Assembly (NCBI GenBank): GCA_049290235.1
Contig: JBATNG010000045.1
Coordinates: forward strand, 12,717-76,716
DNA: 64,000 nt
Origin: Candidatus Moraniibacteriota bacterium
GTDB taxonomy: Bacteria > Patescibacteriota > Minisyncoccia > Moranbacterales > UBA1568
Direction: 5' to 3'
The translations under genes were made by a program, and so were the position numbers. Under the pieces are notes generated by a model. The model saw only the letters and a program-made list of their open reading frames with translations, was not told the origin of the DNA and searched no databases. Of this stretch, positions 26,329 to 35,937 are shown piece after piece. Each line of letters starts with the position of its first letter. Position 1 is the stretch's first letter.

Positions 26329-26405
26329 GGGATAGTAGCTAGTGACTAGTTACTAGTGTTTAAGAAACGCGCTTACTCTAGTCACTCTTTCTGCTCAAGT
26401 CACTC
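26320..26405. promoter_or_regulatory. cluster of GTGACTAG/CTAGTCAC repeats (putative operator) upstream of the HAD-IB gene
   Basis: GTGACTAG or its reverse complement CTAGTCAC occurs at 26321-26328, 26342-26349, 26378-26385 and 26397-26404, plus the near-palindrome CTAGTTACTAG at 26346-26356. Confidence 0.4.
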
Positions 26406-26420
26406 ATAACTTCTGGAATA

Positions 26421-27155
26421 ATGAAAAAAGAAAACAAACCGAAGAAAATCGCCATCTTTGATATCGATGGCACGATTTTCCGGAAGAACCTCCACTTCGA
26501 ACTCATCAACGAACTCGCGTGGTTGAAGGTTTTTCCGAATTCGGTCCGGCATGAGTTGACCGAGGTGTACAGTCATTGGCTCGAGCATTCCGGTACGTAC
26601 GAAGAGTACCGCAAGGCCATCGTCCGCATCTATGCCGAGCATATCGCTGGAGTGTCGGAGGCGTCCGTCCGTGAGGCGGCGCACATCGTCGTGCCGTTCC
26701 ATGCCAAGCGGACCTATCTCTTCTCGGAGGCGTTGCTCAAGGATCTCCGCGCCAAGAACTATCACCTGCTCGCGATTTCCGGTTCGCCCATCGAGATCGT
26801 CGAGGAGTACAATGAACACTACCTCCACTTCGATCGAGTCTTCGGGAGCATCTACTCGCTGGATGCTGACAGAATATACACGGGCGTGGCGGAGTTTGAG
26901 CCGTCGCGGAACAAGGGTGAAGTGCTTCAACAGTATGCCTATGAGCACGGACTCTCACTGGAGGATTCCTACGGTGTCGGGGATACCGAAAGCGACGCGA
27001 GCTTTCTCCGGATGGTGACGCATCCGATCGCCTTCAATCCCAATCAGAACCTGAAAGCGATGGCCGACACCGAGGGCTGGCGCATCGTCATCGAGAAGAA
27101 AGATGTGATCTATGAGATAGGCTCAAAATCCGAAGCTCGAAACCAGAAATTCTAA
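26421..27155 (+). CDS. HAD-IB family hydrolase (phosphoserine phosphatase-like)
   Basis: IAIFDIDGTIF (motif I), AISGSPIEIVEEY, GVGDTESDASFL (motif IV). Confidence 0.8.
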   Translation: MKKENKPKKIAIFDIDGTIFRKNLHFELINELAWLKVFPNSVRHELTEVYSHWLEHSGTYEEYRKAIVRIYAEHIAGVSEASVREAAHIVVPFHAKRTYLFSEALLKDLRAKNYHLLAISGSPIEIVEEYNEHYLHFDRVFGSIYSLDADRIYTGVAEFEPSRNKGEVLQQYAYEHGLSLEDSYGVGDTESDASFLRMVTHPIAFNPNQNLKAMADTEGWRIVIEKKDVIYEIGSKSEARNQKF

Positions 27156-27187
27156 ACGGATACGCGCTACAACTGCTAGATATCCCT

Positions 27188-27550
27188 ATGGACAGCACAG
27201 AGAAAAAATATGATTTGGAAGAGCGAACACTGGCCTTCGCGCGCCGAGTCAATGCCTATGTAAACGGACTGCCGCGCACTATCTCGAATATCGAAAATGG
27301 GAAGCAGCTTGTCCGTTCGGCTGGTTCTGTGGGAGCTAATTACATCGAGGCGAACGAAGGATTGAGTCGCAAAGATTTCCTGATGAGAGTAAAAATTTCA
27401 AAAAAAGAAGCGAAGGAGAGTTTGTATTGGATGGAACTTAGCCAACCCAAGAAAGAACGGGAGACCGAAAAAGAAGCACTGATTCTGGAATGTACAGAAC
27501 TCATGAAAATCCTCGGTGCTATTATTAAGAAAGTTCATCCCGGAGGATAA
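27188..27550 (+). CDS. four-helix-bundle protein (TIGR02436; 23S rRNA intervening-sequence protein family)
   Basis: 120 aa. RVNAYVNGLPRTISNIENGKQLVRSAGSVGANYIEANEGLSRKDFLMRVKISKKEAKESLYWMEL is the hallmark of this family. Confidence 0.85.
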   Translation: MDSTEKKYDLEERTLAFARRVNAYVNGLPRTISNIENGKQLVRSAGSVGANYIEANEGLSRKDFLMRVKISKKEAKESLYWMELSQPKKERETEKEALILECTELMKILGAIIKKVHPGG

Positions 27551-27719
27551 GTATTTGTTTAGAGTTTCGGATTTCTTATTTTAGTTTTCATTACCCTATG
27601 GCCTTCAATCTCAATAGTTCGCTCGATAATTTCCTGAAGAAGACGCTTTGGCTGTGGTTGCCGTTTTACGCGTTCCAAGCGCTCCTGAAAGAATTCGGCG
27701 CAGAGCTTAGGGGGAGAAA

Positions 27720-28148
27720 ATGAGCGCGACGTTGAGTATGAGCGAACCCGTATCCGCCAGAGACATCCAGTGCCGACGCTGGCTCCTCATCCTGTGGTGT
27801 GCCGTCATTTTCGCGTTTTCCCAGATGCCGGGGAGTGGACGAGCGATCGAACCGACGGCGTGGTATATCGTCGAGCGCAAATCGGCCCATGTCTTCGAGT
27901 ACGCCATCCTCGCTCTCCTCAGCTTCCGCTTCTTCGCGGCAGTTTACTCACGTGAAGCGTTCATCCGGATCGCCGCGCTCGTCATTGCGTTCGGTCTTGC
28001 CTATGGTGCACTCGATGAACTGCACCAGGCCTTCATATTCGGCCGGGGGGCACGGCTCACCGATGTCGCGATCGATGGTCTCGGTATCGTCTTTGCCCTA
28101 GCTATTATCTATTGGTTGCGAAGCGGCAGAACAACGACGAGATATTAG
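27720..28148 (+). CDS. VanZ-family membrane protein
   Basis: GGGGGAG 4 nt before the ATG. Four TM helices. ALDELHQAFIFGRGARLTDVAIDGLG matches VanZ-like. Confidence 0.7.
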   Translation: MSATLSMSEPVSARDIQCRRWLLILWCAVIFAFSQMPGSGRAIEPTAWYIVERKSAHVFEYAILALLSFRFFAAVYSREAFIRIAALVIAFGLAYGALDELHQAFIFGRGARLTDVAIDGLGIVFALAIIYWLRSGRTTTRY

Positions 28149-28172
28149 TCATATGGTCCCTCACTATCGATT

Positions 28173-29747
28173 ATGAACTACGAATTGCTGCAACAACTGA
28201 AGCAGTGGCGCGACGAGCAGGCACGGATCGAAGGTGTTGAGGCGTATCGCGTCATGAATAATGCGACGCTCGAAGCGCTCATCGCCCGGATGCCTGCGAC
28301 TCCAGCAGAACTCCTCGAGGTGAAGGGGATCAAGGAAGCCAAGAGCCGGCGCTATGGGAAAGCGCTTCTCGGTATGCTGGCTTCATTTGGTGAGGGGACT
28401 ACCGAAGGTGATGAGGTGAGTATTCCTTTTGGGAAAGAAGTGAGCACCTCGAATCAAGCACCAGGAGAAAAAGAGTCCGAAGCAAGCCATGGCCCGGAGG
28501 AGCCCCTCACCGTTTCACAATTTCTCGATAGCTTGAACGTTGAACTCTCGGGCATGGCGGCGCGGCTGCGGGGAGAAGTTTCGGAATTCAATATCTGGAA
28601 TAACTCTTTTGTTTTCTTCTCGCTGAAAGACAGTCAGGATGGCAGTGTCCTGAAATGCGGTATGCCGTATGGACGGTATCAAGTTTGTGGCGTCGATGTG
28701 AAGATCGGGGATGAAGTCGTCGTCGAGGGTTTTCCGAAGATGTACAAACCCCGCGGCGAGCTTTCGCTTCAGGTTGGTGTGATCGAGTATGCGGGCGAGG
28801 GTGAACTAAAGAAGGCCTATGATGCGCTGTACCAGAAGCTAGAACGTGCCGGTGTCTTTGCGCCGGAACGCAAACGTCTCATCCCGCCTTTTGCTGAGCG
28901 GGTCGCGCTCATCACGTCTGGCGAAGGTGCAGCGATCGGAGACTTCACAATGAATCTCGCTCGGACCGGCCTGCACGTGGATTTCTATCCGACCCTCGTC
29001 GAAGGAAAGAAAGCTGTCTTTGAAATAATTCAGGCGATTCGGTACTTCAATCGGACGCCCGAGCGATATGATGTCCTCGTGCTCACTCGGGGCGGGGGGA
29101 GCTTGGAGAGTCTCGCGGCTTTCAATACCGAAGCGCTCGTGAATGAGATCGTGGCATCGCGGATACCGGTGCTGGCCGGTATCGGTCATGAACGCGATGT
29201 CTCGCTCGCGGCGCTGGCGGCTGACGCGATGGTCTCGACGCCGACAGCTACAGCCCGGTACCTGGCGCTCTCGTGGGACGAAGCGCGTGCCAGTCTGGAC
29301 AAGCACACGGCCGTTTTGGAGCGGCTCATCCAGGAATGCCAGCGGGCATTCGAGGCGCGCATCCGGGATGCCGAGGAAGCCATCCGTCTCGCTTTGGGGA
29401 CGATCACTGAACGGACGGCGCGTGCTCACGGTGCGTTCCGGGAAGCCGTCGCGCTGTTTCCGGAATACTGTCGCAGCACTCGGACGCAACTCGCGACGGC
29501 ACCGGTGCTTTGGTGGACGCATATCGAGGCGGCCCTGGTACGACTCGCGGATCGGCTCGCGGCTGGAGAGGAACGGCTGCACCAGTCTGACCCGGTCCGT
29601 GTGCTCCAGCTCGGCTACGCCCTGGTCCGGAAATCCGGCCGGCTCATCCGCGGAACTGCTGGTCTTGCGATCGGTGAGCGGCTCGATATACAACTCGGCC
29701 GCGGCAGTATAGAATCAGAGATAACCGGCATAACGAAACCAGTATGA
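28173..29747 (+). CDS. xseA: exodeoxyribonuclease VII large subunit with N-terminal HRDC domain
   Basis: Residues 1-75 (LLQQLKQWRDEQARIEGVEAYRVMNNATLEALIARMPATPAELLEVKGIKEAKSRRYG) form an HRDC helical bundle. The rest matches XseA: an OB-fold (EVSEFNIWNNSFVFFSLKD...KCGMPYGRY), then ALITSGEGAAIGDF...VLVLTRGGGSLESLAAFNTEALV...AGIGHERDVSLAALAADAMVSTPTATA. Confidence 0.85.
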   Translation: MNYELLQQLKQWRDEQARIEGVEAYRVMNNATLEALIARMPATPAELLEVKGIKEAKSRRYGKALLGMLASFGEGTTEGDEVSIPFGKEVSTSNQAPGEKESEASHGPEEPLTVSQFLDSLNVELSGMAARLRGEVSEFNIWNNSFVFFSLKDSQDGSVLKCGMPYGRYQVCGVDVKIGDEVVVEGFPKMYKPRGELSLQVGVIEYAGEGELKKAYDALYQKLERAGVFAPERKRLIPPFAERVALITSGEGAAIGDFTMNLARTGLHVDFYPTLVEGKKAVFEIIQAIRYFNRTPERYDVLVLTRGGGSLESLAAFNTEALVNEIVASRIPVLAGIGHERDVSLAALAADAMVSTPTATARYLALSWDEARASLDKHTAVLERLIQECQRAFEARIRDAEEAIRLALGTITERTARAHGAFREAVALFPEYCRSTRTQLATAPVLWWTHIEAALVRLADRLAAGEERLHQSDPVRVLQLGYALVRKSGRLIRGTAGLAIGERLDIQLGRGSIESEITGITKPV

Positions 29748-29956
29748 CTCCCAAGAAAGAATCGCTCGGCGATACATTGAAGAAACTAGAGTCGATCACG
29801 GGGTGGTTCGAGGACCAGGAAGAGATCGACGTGGAGAAGGCGCTGGAAAAGGTGAAGGAGGGCGTTGCGCTCATCAAGGCGAGCAAGGCGCGGTTGCGCG
29901 AAGTCGAAAATGAATTCGAGATCGTGAAGAAGGAGCTCGGTGGCGAATCACTCTGA
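29744..29956 (+). CDS. xseB: exodeoxyribonuclease VII small subunit
   Basis: 70 aa overlapping the xseA stop by 4 nt. LKKLESITGWFEDQEEIDVEKALEKVKEGVALIKASKARLREVENEFEIV is XseB-like. Confidence 0.85.
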   Translation: MTPKKESLGDTLKKLESITGWFEDQEEIDVEKALEKVKEGVALIKASKARLREVENEFEIVKKELGGESL

Positions 29957-29989
29957 TATACTAGATACATCGAGTCTTACAATAGTCCT

Positions 29990-30301
29990 ATGTTCGAAAC
30001 TCCGCCAACACCAGAGGGAGAAATCCAAGAAGCTACGGTTATTGAGGCATTGCGGAACAGCCAGGACCTCGTGAATTGTGAGCCGTATCATCGCTGGCGG
30101 AGCCAAGAAGAGAACAGGATTGATGCCTTGGGGAACTCTATGGAAGAAAATGTGCGATTTATCCTAAAAGATGCCCGCCTGAGAAGACAAGCTGGTCTGG
30201 AGGATATGGCCCAGTTGGCTTTTGGAGAAGCGGTAGAATTATTGGAGGGCCTCGGCGATTCGACCATGGTGGAGCAGGTGACCAAGGAGATGCAGGGGTA
30301 A
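29990..30301 (+). CDS. hypothetical protein
   Basis: 103-aa acidic ORF with no recognised family and a weak RBS. Confidence 0.4.
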   Translation: MFETPPTPEGEIQEATVIEALRNSQDLVNCEPYHRWRSQEENRIDALGNSMEENVRFILKDARLRRQAGLEDMAQLAFGEAVELLEGLGDSTMVEQVTKEMQG

Positions 30302-30329
30302 GGAAGGAAAAATACTCAAACACAAACAC

Positions 30330-32033
30330 ATGCATCGGTTTACGGGAGATATCTCTATCGTTTTGGGCGGGGCGGCCGGGCAGGGAATTCAGACGGTCGA
30401 AACGCTCTTGGTTCAGGTGCTCAAGAAGGAGGGCTATCATGTTTTCGCATCCAAAGAGTACATGTCGCGGATCCGTGGTGGGAGTAATTCGACCGAAATC
30501 CGACTGACGTCGAAGAAACGGCGGGCGTATGTCGACCGCATCGACCTCCTCTTCGCCCTCGACAAGAATGTCGTGCCGCATCTCGCACATCGGATCACAG
30601 AGAAGACGGTCATCATCGGTGAGAAGGAAAAGGTCTGCGAGACGGAGTGTCAGGTCGTAGACGTCCCTTTCACGCGGTTTGCCAATGAACTCGGACACCC
30701 GATCTATACGAGTACCGTCGCCGTCGGGGTCGTTCTCGGTATGCTCCGAGCTGACGAGAGTGTGTTCCATGAATATCTGCGTGGACATTTCGCTCGGAAG
30801 GGTGAAGAAGTCGTTGCGAAGAATATCGAAGCGGCGAAGAAAGGCTATCTCCATGGCACACACATTTCTTTTGTCGAAGGGGTGGAGCTATCTGTACCCC
30901 GGGCCGATAATCCTGATGACGGATTGCTCTTGGACGGGATGGAGAGCGTGGGCCTGGGGACGCTCGCTGCGGGATGCAATTATATCAGCTCGTATCCCAT
31001 GTCACCGGGGACCGGACTGCTCACCTTCCTTGCCGCACACAATAAAGACTTCGGTATCGTCGTCGATCAGGCGGAGGATGAGATCGCGGCGATCAACCAG
31101 GGCTTGGGTGCTTGGTATGCCGGCGCGCGTGCGGTCGTGACGACGTCGGGTGGCGGATTTGCGCTCATGTGCGAGGGAGTGAGTTTGGCTGGGATGATAG
31201 AGACACCGATCGTCATCCATGTCGGCCAGCGGCCTGGCCCCGCGACGGGACTGCCGACTCGGACCGAACAGGCTGATCTGAACCTCGTGCTCTATGCGGG
31301 TCACGGGGAATTTCCCCGTGTGATCTTTGCACCGGGGACGCCCGAGGAAGCGTATCATGCGATGTCACAGGCGTTTTATATTGCAGACAAGTACCAAGTA
31401 CCTGCCTTCGTCTTGACAGATCAGTTTTTCCTCGACTCGGTCACGACCGTCGACGACGGTGATCTGAAAGCGGTTCCAAATCAGGCGTATATCGTCGAAA
31501 CAGACGCAGAGTATGAACGCTATGCCGTCACCAAGGATGGCGTATCACCACGAGGTATCCCAGGCTACGGCAAAGGACTCGTCGGAGTGGATAGCGATGA
31601 ACACGATACGGCGGGACATATCACGGAAAGTCACCTGGTCCGACTCGAACAGCAGGGGAAGCGGCTCCGGAAAGGGGTAGCCCTCGCCAAGGAAGCGCTT
31701 CCGCCTGTGGCCTCAGCCGCCAAATTGAAGAAAGCGAAGACCGTCATAGTTACCTGGGGGTCAAACCACGGTGTCGTCGAGGAGGCGCTCGATAAACTCG
31801 ATGATCCAACGCTCGCGCAGATCCATTTCCCTCAGGTGTACCCTTTGCCAGCTGCCGGGAAGAAACTCCTTACCAAGATTAAACACATTGTCGTGATCGA
31901 GAACAATGCCGCCGGGCAATTCGCCGATCTTCTCGAGCGTGAGTATAGCATCACCGTCACGGAGCGAATTCTGAAATATGATGGCAACCCATTTTCGGTG
32001 GAAGAACTCGTCAAACGACTCTCAAAGCTATGA
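30330..32033 (+). CDS. korA: 2-oxoacid:ferredoxin oxidoreductase, fused gamma-alpha subunit
   Basis: N-terminal gamma-like domain [13 protein letters not shown], then the alpha-subunit core ([47 protein letters not shown]). Its end is translationally coupled to the beta subunit. Confidence 0.9.
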   Translation: MHRFTGDISIVLGGAAGQGIQTVETLLVQVLKKEGYHVFASKEYMSRIRGGSNSTEIRLTSKKRRAYVDRIDLLFALDKNVVPHLAHRITEKTVIIGEKEKVCETECQVVDVPFTRFANELGHPIYTSTVAVGVVLGMLRADESVFHEYLRGHFARKGEEVVAKNIEAAKKGYLHGTHISFVEGVELSVPRADNPDDGLLLDGMESVGLGTLAAGCNYISSYPMSPGTGLLTFLAAHNKDFGIVVDQAEDEIAAINQGLGAWYAGARAVVTTSGGGFALMCEGVSLAGMIETPIVIHVGQRPGPATGLPTRTEQADLNLVLYAGHGEFPRVIFAPGTPEEAYHAMSQAFYIADKYQVPAFVLTDQFFLDSVTTVDDGDLKAVPNQAYIVETDAEYERYAVTKDGVSPRGIPGYGKGLVGVDSDEHDTAGHITESHLVRLEQQGKRLRKGVALAKEALPPVASAAKLKKAKTVIVTWGSNHGVVEEALDKLDDPTLAQIHFPQVYPLPAAGKKLLTKIKHIVVIENNAAGQFADLLEREYSITVTERILKYDGNPFSVEELVKRLSKL

Positions 32034-32887
32034 TCGACAAGAAACTCTACGATATGCCGCATGGGACCGACATGGCCTGGTGTCCGGGCTGTGGCAATTT
32101 CCCGATCCTGAATATCATGAAGGGTGTGCTCGCTGAGATGGATATCTCGCCGACGGACGTAGTCATTTGTTCTGGTATCGGTCAGGCAGCCAAGACGCCA
32201 CATTATCTCCGAGTCCACTACTTCAATGGTCTCCATGGCCGGGCGCTGCCGCCGGCGATCGCGATCAAGATAGCGAATCCTAGGCTTACGGTCATTGCTG
32301 AGAGTGGTGACGGAGACACCTATGGCGAAGGCGGCAATCACTTCCTGCATACGATCCGGCGCAATCCCGATATCACGAACATTGTCCACAACAATATGGT
32401 CTATGGCCTGACCAAGGGCCAAGCGTCACCGACGTCTGAAAAGGGGATGACGACCCCGGTTCAAACAGACGGTGTCATTCTCGAACCCTTCAATCCGATG
32501 GCGATTGCGATCTCAGCGGGAGCGACGTTTGTCGCCCGTGCTTTCTCGGGCGATATCCCGCAAGCCAAAGAGATCGTGAAAGCCGCGATCGAGCACCAGG
32601 GTTATGCGCTCATCGACGTCTTCCAGCCCTGTGTCGTCTTCAACAAACAGAACACGTTCCAGTGGTTCAAGGAACACACCTATTATCTCGGAGACGAGCA
32701 TGACCGGAGCGACAAGGCCAAGGCGCTCGGCATCGCGCTTGATACGAAGCGCCTCGCGCTCGGCATCATCTATCAGGAGACCGGACGGCCGAGCTATGAA
32801 CAAATCGTCCGCGAAGGCGATGAGCCACTGTATACACGGAAGCTGAATGAAAAAAATCTTGAAACATTACTCGAAACGTATCGATAG
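32030..32887 (+). CDS. korB: 2-oxoacid:ferredoxin oxidoreductase beta subunit (TPP-binding)
   Basis: [31 protein letters not shown] and [19 protein letters not shown] are TPP-binding motifs. Confidence 0.9.
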   Translation: MIDKKLYDMPHGTDMAWCPGCGNFPILNIMKGVLAEMDISPTDVVICSGIGQAAKTPHYLRVHYFNGLHGRALPPAIAIKIANPRLTVIAESGDGDTYGEGGNHFLHTIRRNPDITNIVHNNMVYGLTKGQASPTSEKGMTTPVQTDGVILEPFNPMAIAISAGATFVARAFSGDIPQAKEIVKAAIEHQGYALIDVFQPCVVFNKQNTFQWFKEHTYYLGDEHDRSDKAKALGIALDTKRLALGIIYQETGRPSYEQIVREGDEPLYTRKLNEKNLETLLETYR

Positions 32888-33007
32888 CGGCCGCTCCCTC
32901 GCTAAGGATCGCACCGGGGTGGAGTATTGACTCAGGGCTTGTCTTGGGGTAGTTTGGACTGTTGGTATTCTTGCCAACGTTTGTTGCTCATTACGAGGAG
33001 ATATCCG

Positions 33008-33457
33008 ATGGATACGGCAGAGATTGCCCGAAACAACCACACGTTCTACTACGTGGTCGTAGGTCAGCACTTGCTTGAGGGGGAATTCGCCAGAGCCTTT
33101 CTCAGAAGCTTTCATGAGCCAGTCCTGTACGGTATCGAGGAGCAAGAATATTCTGGCTATATTCATATCGACTGTACTGGCATCGCGGAGAGTAACTCGG
33201 TCGAGATGCTCAGGGAAGCTGTCAGTGAAGGCCGCTTTCTCAGCGGGGTAGCGATGCGGATCCCACGATCCATCATCGGCCCGATGAATACTGATGCCAC
33301 GGTGATTCGTGACGGCTGGCAGTTCTCGTTCCGGATCACAAAGTACGAGCGAGACAGTGAGCACAGCTTTGAGCCGATCGAAGACCCGTCGTCCTTGCCA
33401 GCGGGTGAAAGACTTGGTCGATACGTCGAGCTGACAATCACGCAGGTGCCAACATAA
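33008..33457 (+). CDS. hypothetical protein
   Basis: ATG at 33008 is preceded by GAGGAG at optimal spacing (MDTAEIARNN...). The longer ORF from 32927 lacks an RBS. No family recognised. Confidence 0.5.
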   Translation: MDTAEIARNNHTFYYVVVGQHLLEGEFARAFLRSFHEPVLYGIEEQEYSGYIHIDCTGIAESNSVEMLREAVSEGRFLSGVAMRIPRSIIGPMNTDATVIRDGWQFSFRITKYERDSEHSFEPIEDPSSLPAGERLGRYVELTITQVPT

Positions 33458-33466
33458 ACTATGAAG

Positions 33467-33507
33467 CCCACCGCAGGAATCCTCCTCCCGGTGGGTTCTT
33501 GCTTTCT
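33467..33507 (+). terminator. Rho-independent terminator (between convergent genes)
   Basis: CCCACCG (33467-33473), 15-nt loop, CGGTGGG (33489-33495), then TTCTTGCTTTCT. Confidence 0.55.
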
Positions 33508-33513
33508 ATACAG

Positions 33514-33849
33514 TTAATCCAGCCCCAGCTGGATCTTGGCTTCGGGCGTCATTTTCTCGATGGTCCAGGGTGGATCGAAGGTGAGACTGGTCTCGACGTC
33601 CTCGATGCCATCGACTTCCATGACGCGGTCCTCGATTTCTTTCTGGATTTGGCCGAAGAGGGGACAGCCCATAGTGGTCAAAGTCATCGTAATCGTGCAT
33701 TTCCTGTCGGTGTCGACTGCGACGCCATAAATCAAGCCCAGCTCGACGATCGAGATACCGAGCTCAGGGTCGAGGACGAGGTGGAGCTTTTCGCGGACCA
33801 ATTCCTCGATCGATTTTTTCGCACTCGGCTTTGGCATGGCTCTGGTCAT
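33514..33849 (-). CDS. sufT: Fe-S cluster assembly protein SufT (DUF59/MIP18 family)
   Basis: 111 aa. LHLVLDPELGISIVELGLIY...TMTLTTMGCPL...TFDPPWT. Confidence 0.8.
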   Translation of the reverse strand: MTRAMPKPSAKKSIEELVREKLHLVLDPELGISIVELGLIYGVAVDTDRKCTITMTLTTMGCPLFGQIQKEIEDRVMEVDGIEDVETSLTFDPPWTIEKMTPEAKIQLGLD

Positions 33850-33891
33850 ATAAAATTGTCATTCCTCGGCAAGCTCGGAATGACAGAAGGG

Positions 33892-34161
33892 CTATTCCGG
33901 GAAAATTTGCTTGCCGGTAGCGTCCTTGATGCGGATGGCGCCGACGGGACAGCCACGCGCGGCGTTCAGTATAGTCTCCTGATCATCGGTGTCAGCGGTG
34001 GAGAGGATGGCGGCTTTACCACTGTCATCGAGCGCAAATGAATTCGGAGCCATAGCGGTACAGGGGGCAGCGCCGATACAGATGGCGGTATCAACTTCGA
34101 CCGTCCAACCATTCTGAAGGGTGACGGGACCCGCGGGCTTACTTTCATCTTTCCATGCCAT
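33892..34161 (-). CDS. small 4Fe-4S ferredoxin
   Basis: 89 aa. CIGAAPCTAMAP...CPVGAI (Cx4-5C...CP single-cluster ferredoxin pattern). Confidence 0.75.
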   Translation of the reverse strand: MAWKDESKPAGPVTLQNGWTVEVDTAICIGAAPCTAMAPNSFALDDSGKAAILSTADTDDQETILNAARGCPVGAIRIKDATGKQIFPE

Positions 34162-34201
34162 ATGTTGAGAATAAAGAATTACGAATTATGAATTATGAAT
34201 T
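34162..34201. repeat. AT-rich heptamer repeat tract (GAATTAT-like, about 4 copies) between ferredoxin and sufU
   Basis: GAATTACGAATTATGAATTATGAATTTT, running into the sufU stop codon. Confidence 0.6.
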
Positions 34202-34582
34202 TTAGATTTCCGAACTATCTGATGCTTGGTTCAGCGCTCGCTGGAGTGTCTCGAGCGAGAGGAGTCCGCATTTCAACCGTGCGGGTGAGAGACTGACACC
34301 GAGGAGATCGAGCACCGTCTTCGGCTCCAGGGCCAAGGTCTCATCCACTCGCTTCCCTTTCACGTGTTCGGTCAAAAGGGAGGCCGAAGCCTGGGAAATC
34401 GCGCAGCCGGAACCGGTAAATCTCACCTCAGAAATAGTACCATGCCTGACATTTAAGTCCATATGGAGCGAGTCGCCACAGGTCGGGTTCAAGGCATCAG
34501 CCCGGTGGGTTGCCGCTTCAAGCAGTCCGTAATTCCGGGGGTTGCGGTAATGATCGAGGATGAGATCGTGATAGAGGCTCAT
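34202..34582 (-). CDS. sufU: SufU/IscU-like Fe-S cluster scaffold (zinc-dependent sulfurtransferase)
   Basis: 126 aa. DHYRNPRNYG...NPTCGDSLHMDL...FTGSGCAISQASASLL. Confidence 0.85.
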   Translation of the reverse strand: MSLYHDLILDHYRNPRNYGLLEAATHRADALNPTCGDSLHMDLNVRHGTISEVRFTGSGCAISQASASLLTEHVKGKRVDETLALEPKTVLDLLGVSLSPARLKCGLLSLETLQRALNQASDSSEI

Positions 34583-34693
34583 AAGAAATTTTCAGTTTTC
34601 AATTTCTAATTTTCATTGAATTTTCAAGTCTTCAATTTTGAAATTGATTCATTAAAAATTGATTGGAAATTGAGAACTGGAAATTGAAAATTA
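34583..34693. repeat. AT-rich repeat island inside the suf operon (sufS-sufU spacer)
   Basis: 110 nt at about 25% GC in a 55% GC genome, built from reiterated TTTTCAAT/ATTGAAAA and GAAATTGA units. Confidence 0.6.
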
Positions 34694-35917
34694 TCACTTG
34701 AATAGGAGGGATATTTTTTTCAATGTTTCGATAAGCTTATCAACATCGTTGGTATCATTATAAATCGAAAAGCTTATTCGGGTCGTAGCCGAGAGACGCA
34801 GTGCCCGGTGGAGTGGAGAGGCACAGTGTTCACCGGCTCGGACACAGATTTTTTCCTCGCCGAGGAGATGGGCCAAGTCATGCGGGTGGAGGCCATCGAA
34901 GGTGAAGGAAATGATCCCGGCCCGCTTCTCAGCATCCAGAATGCCCAAGATATGGATGGTACCACCGAAGGTTTCCAAGAGTTTCTCGATGGTGTATCGG
35001 GTGAGACTCTTTTCATGCTCGTGGATAGCTTTCACATCGAGTAATTCGACATAGTCGATCGCTGCCGCGAGACCGATCGCACCAGCGATGTTCGGTGTGC
35101 CGCCCTCGAGATTTTCTGGGACGGGCTTGTATTCGGTGATTGGACTGCAGGCATCGAGCACGGTGCCGCCGCCGACATTCATCGGGGTGAGTATCTCGAG
35201 TGATTGCTTTTTCCCCGCGAGGACACCGATACCGGTCGGTCCGAAGAGTTTGTGACCCGAGAAAACGACGAAGTCTGTATCCCAGGCCTGGATATCGATC
35301 GGGATATGTCCGGCCGCCTGGCAGGCATCGATGAGGGTGCGGGTGTGGGGATTCTTCCTCCGGATACTTTGGATGATTGTCTCGACCGGATTGATGATGC
35401 CGAAGACATTGGAAACAGCCGAGAGAGCCACGACAGCCGTCTGTTCATCGATGAGGGAAACGAGGTGATCAAGGTCGATTTGGCCGTCAGCCTTGAAACG
35501 GGTGACTCGGAATTCAGCGCCGGTTCGTAGCGCGAGTTCTTTCCAGGGGAGGTAATTCGAGTGATGTTCGAGCGCGGTGACGACGATATTGTTTTCCTCT
35601 GTGATCCTCGACTCGAGGCCAAGTGCGACGAGATTGATGGCGTGCGTGGCATTGGCGGTGAAGATGACAGTCTCTGCACTCTCTGCATGGACGAAACGAG
35701 CGACGGTTTTCCGAGCCGCATCCAGTGCCGTAGTCGCCCCTTCGGCCAGCGGATAGAGTCCGCGGGCAACATTGGCCGAGTACTCGAAATAGTAACCATT
35801 CATCGCGTCAATGACGACTTTCGGTTTGAGTGCGGTGGCGGCACTATCGAGATAGACGAGCTCGGGATCTGACTCGAAGATCGGGAAGTCCTGGCGGATT
35901 GTTTTTGGATCAAGCAT
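34694..35917 (-). CDS. sufS: cysteine desulfurase SufS
   Basis: 407 aa. YLDSAATALKP..., PLP-Lys region FSGHKLFGPTGIGVLAG, active-site Cys loop RAGEHCASP. Confidence 0.9.
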   Translation of the reverse strand: MLDPKTIRQDFPIFESDPELVYLDSAATALKPKVVIDAMNGYYFEYSANVARGLYPLAEGATTALDAARKTVARFVHAESAETVIFTANATHAINLVALGLESRITEENNIVVTALEHHSNYLPWKELALRTGAEFRVTRFKADGQIDLDHLVSLIDEQTAVVALSAVSNVFGIINPVETIIQSIRRKNPHTRTLIDACQAAGHIPIDIQAWDTDFVVFSGHKLFGPTGIGVLAGKKQSLEILTPMNVGGGTVLDACSPITEYKPVPENLEGGTPNIAGAIGLAAAIDYVELLDVKAIHEHEKSLTRYTIEKLLETFGGTIHILGILDAEKRAGIISFTFDGLHPHDLAHLLGEEKICVRAGEHCASPLHRALRLSATTRISFSIYNDTNDVDKLIETLKKISLLFK

Positions 35918-35937
35918 ATATAACTTCCGTTATTCTC

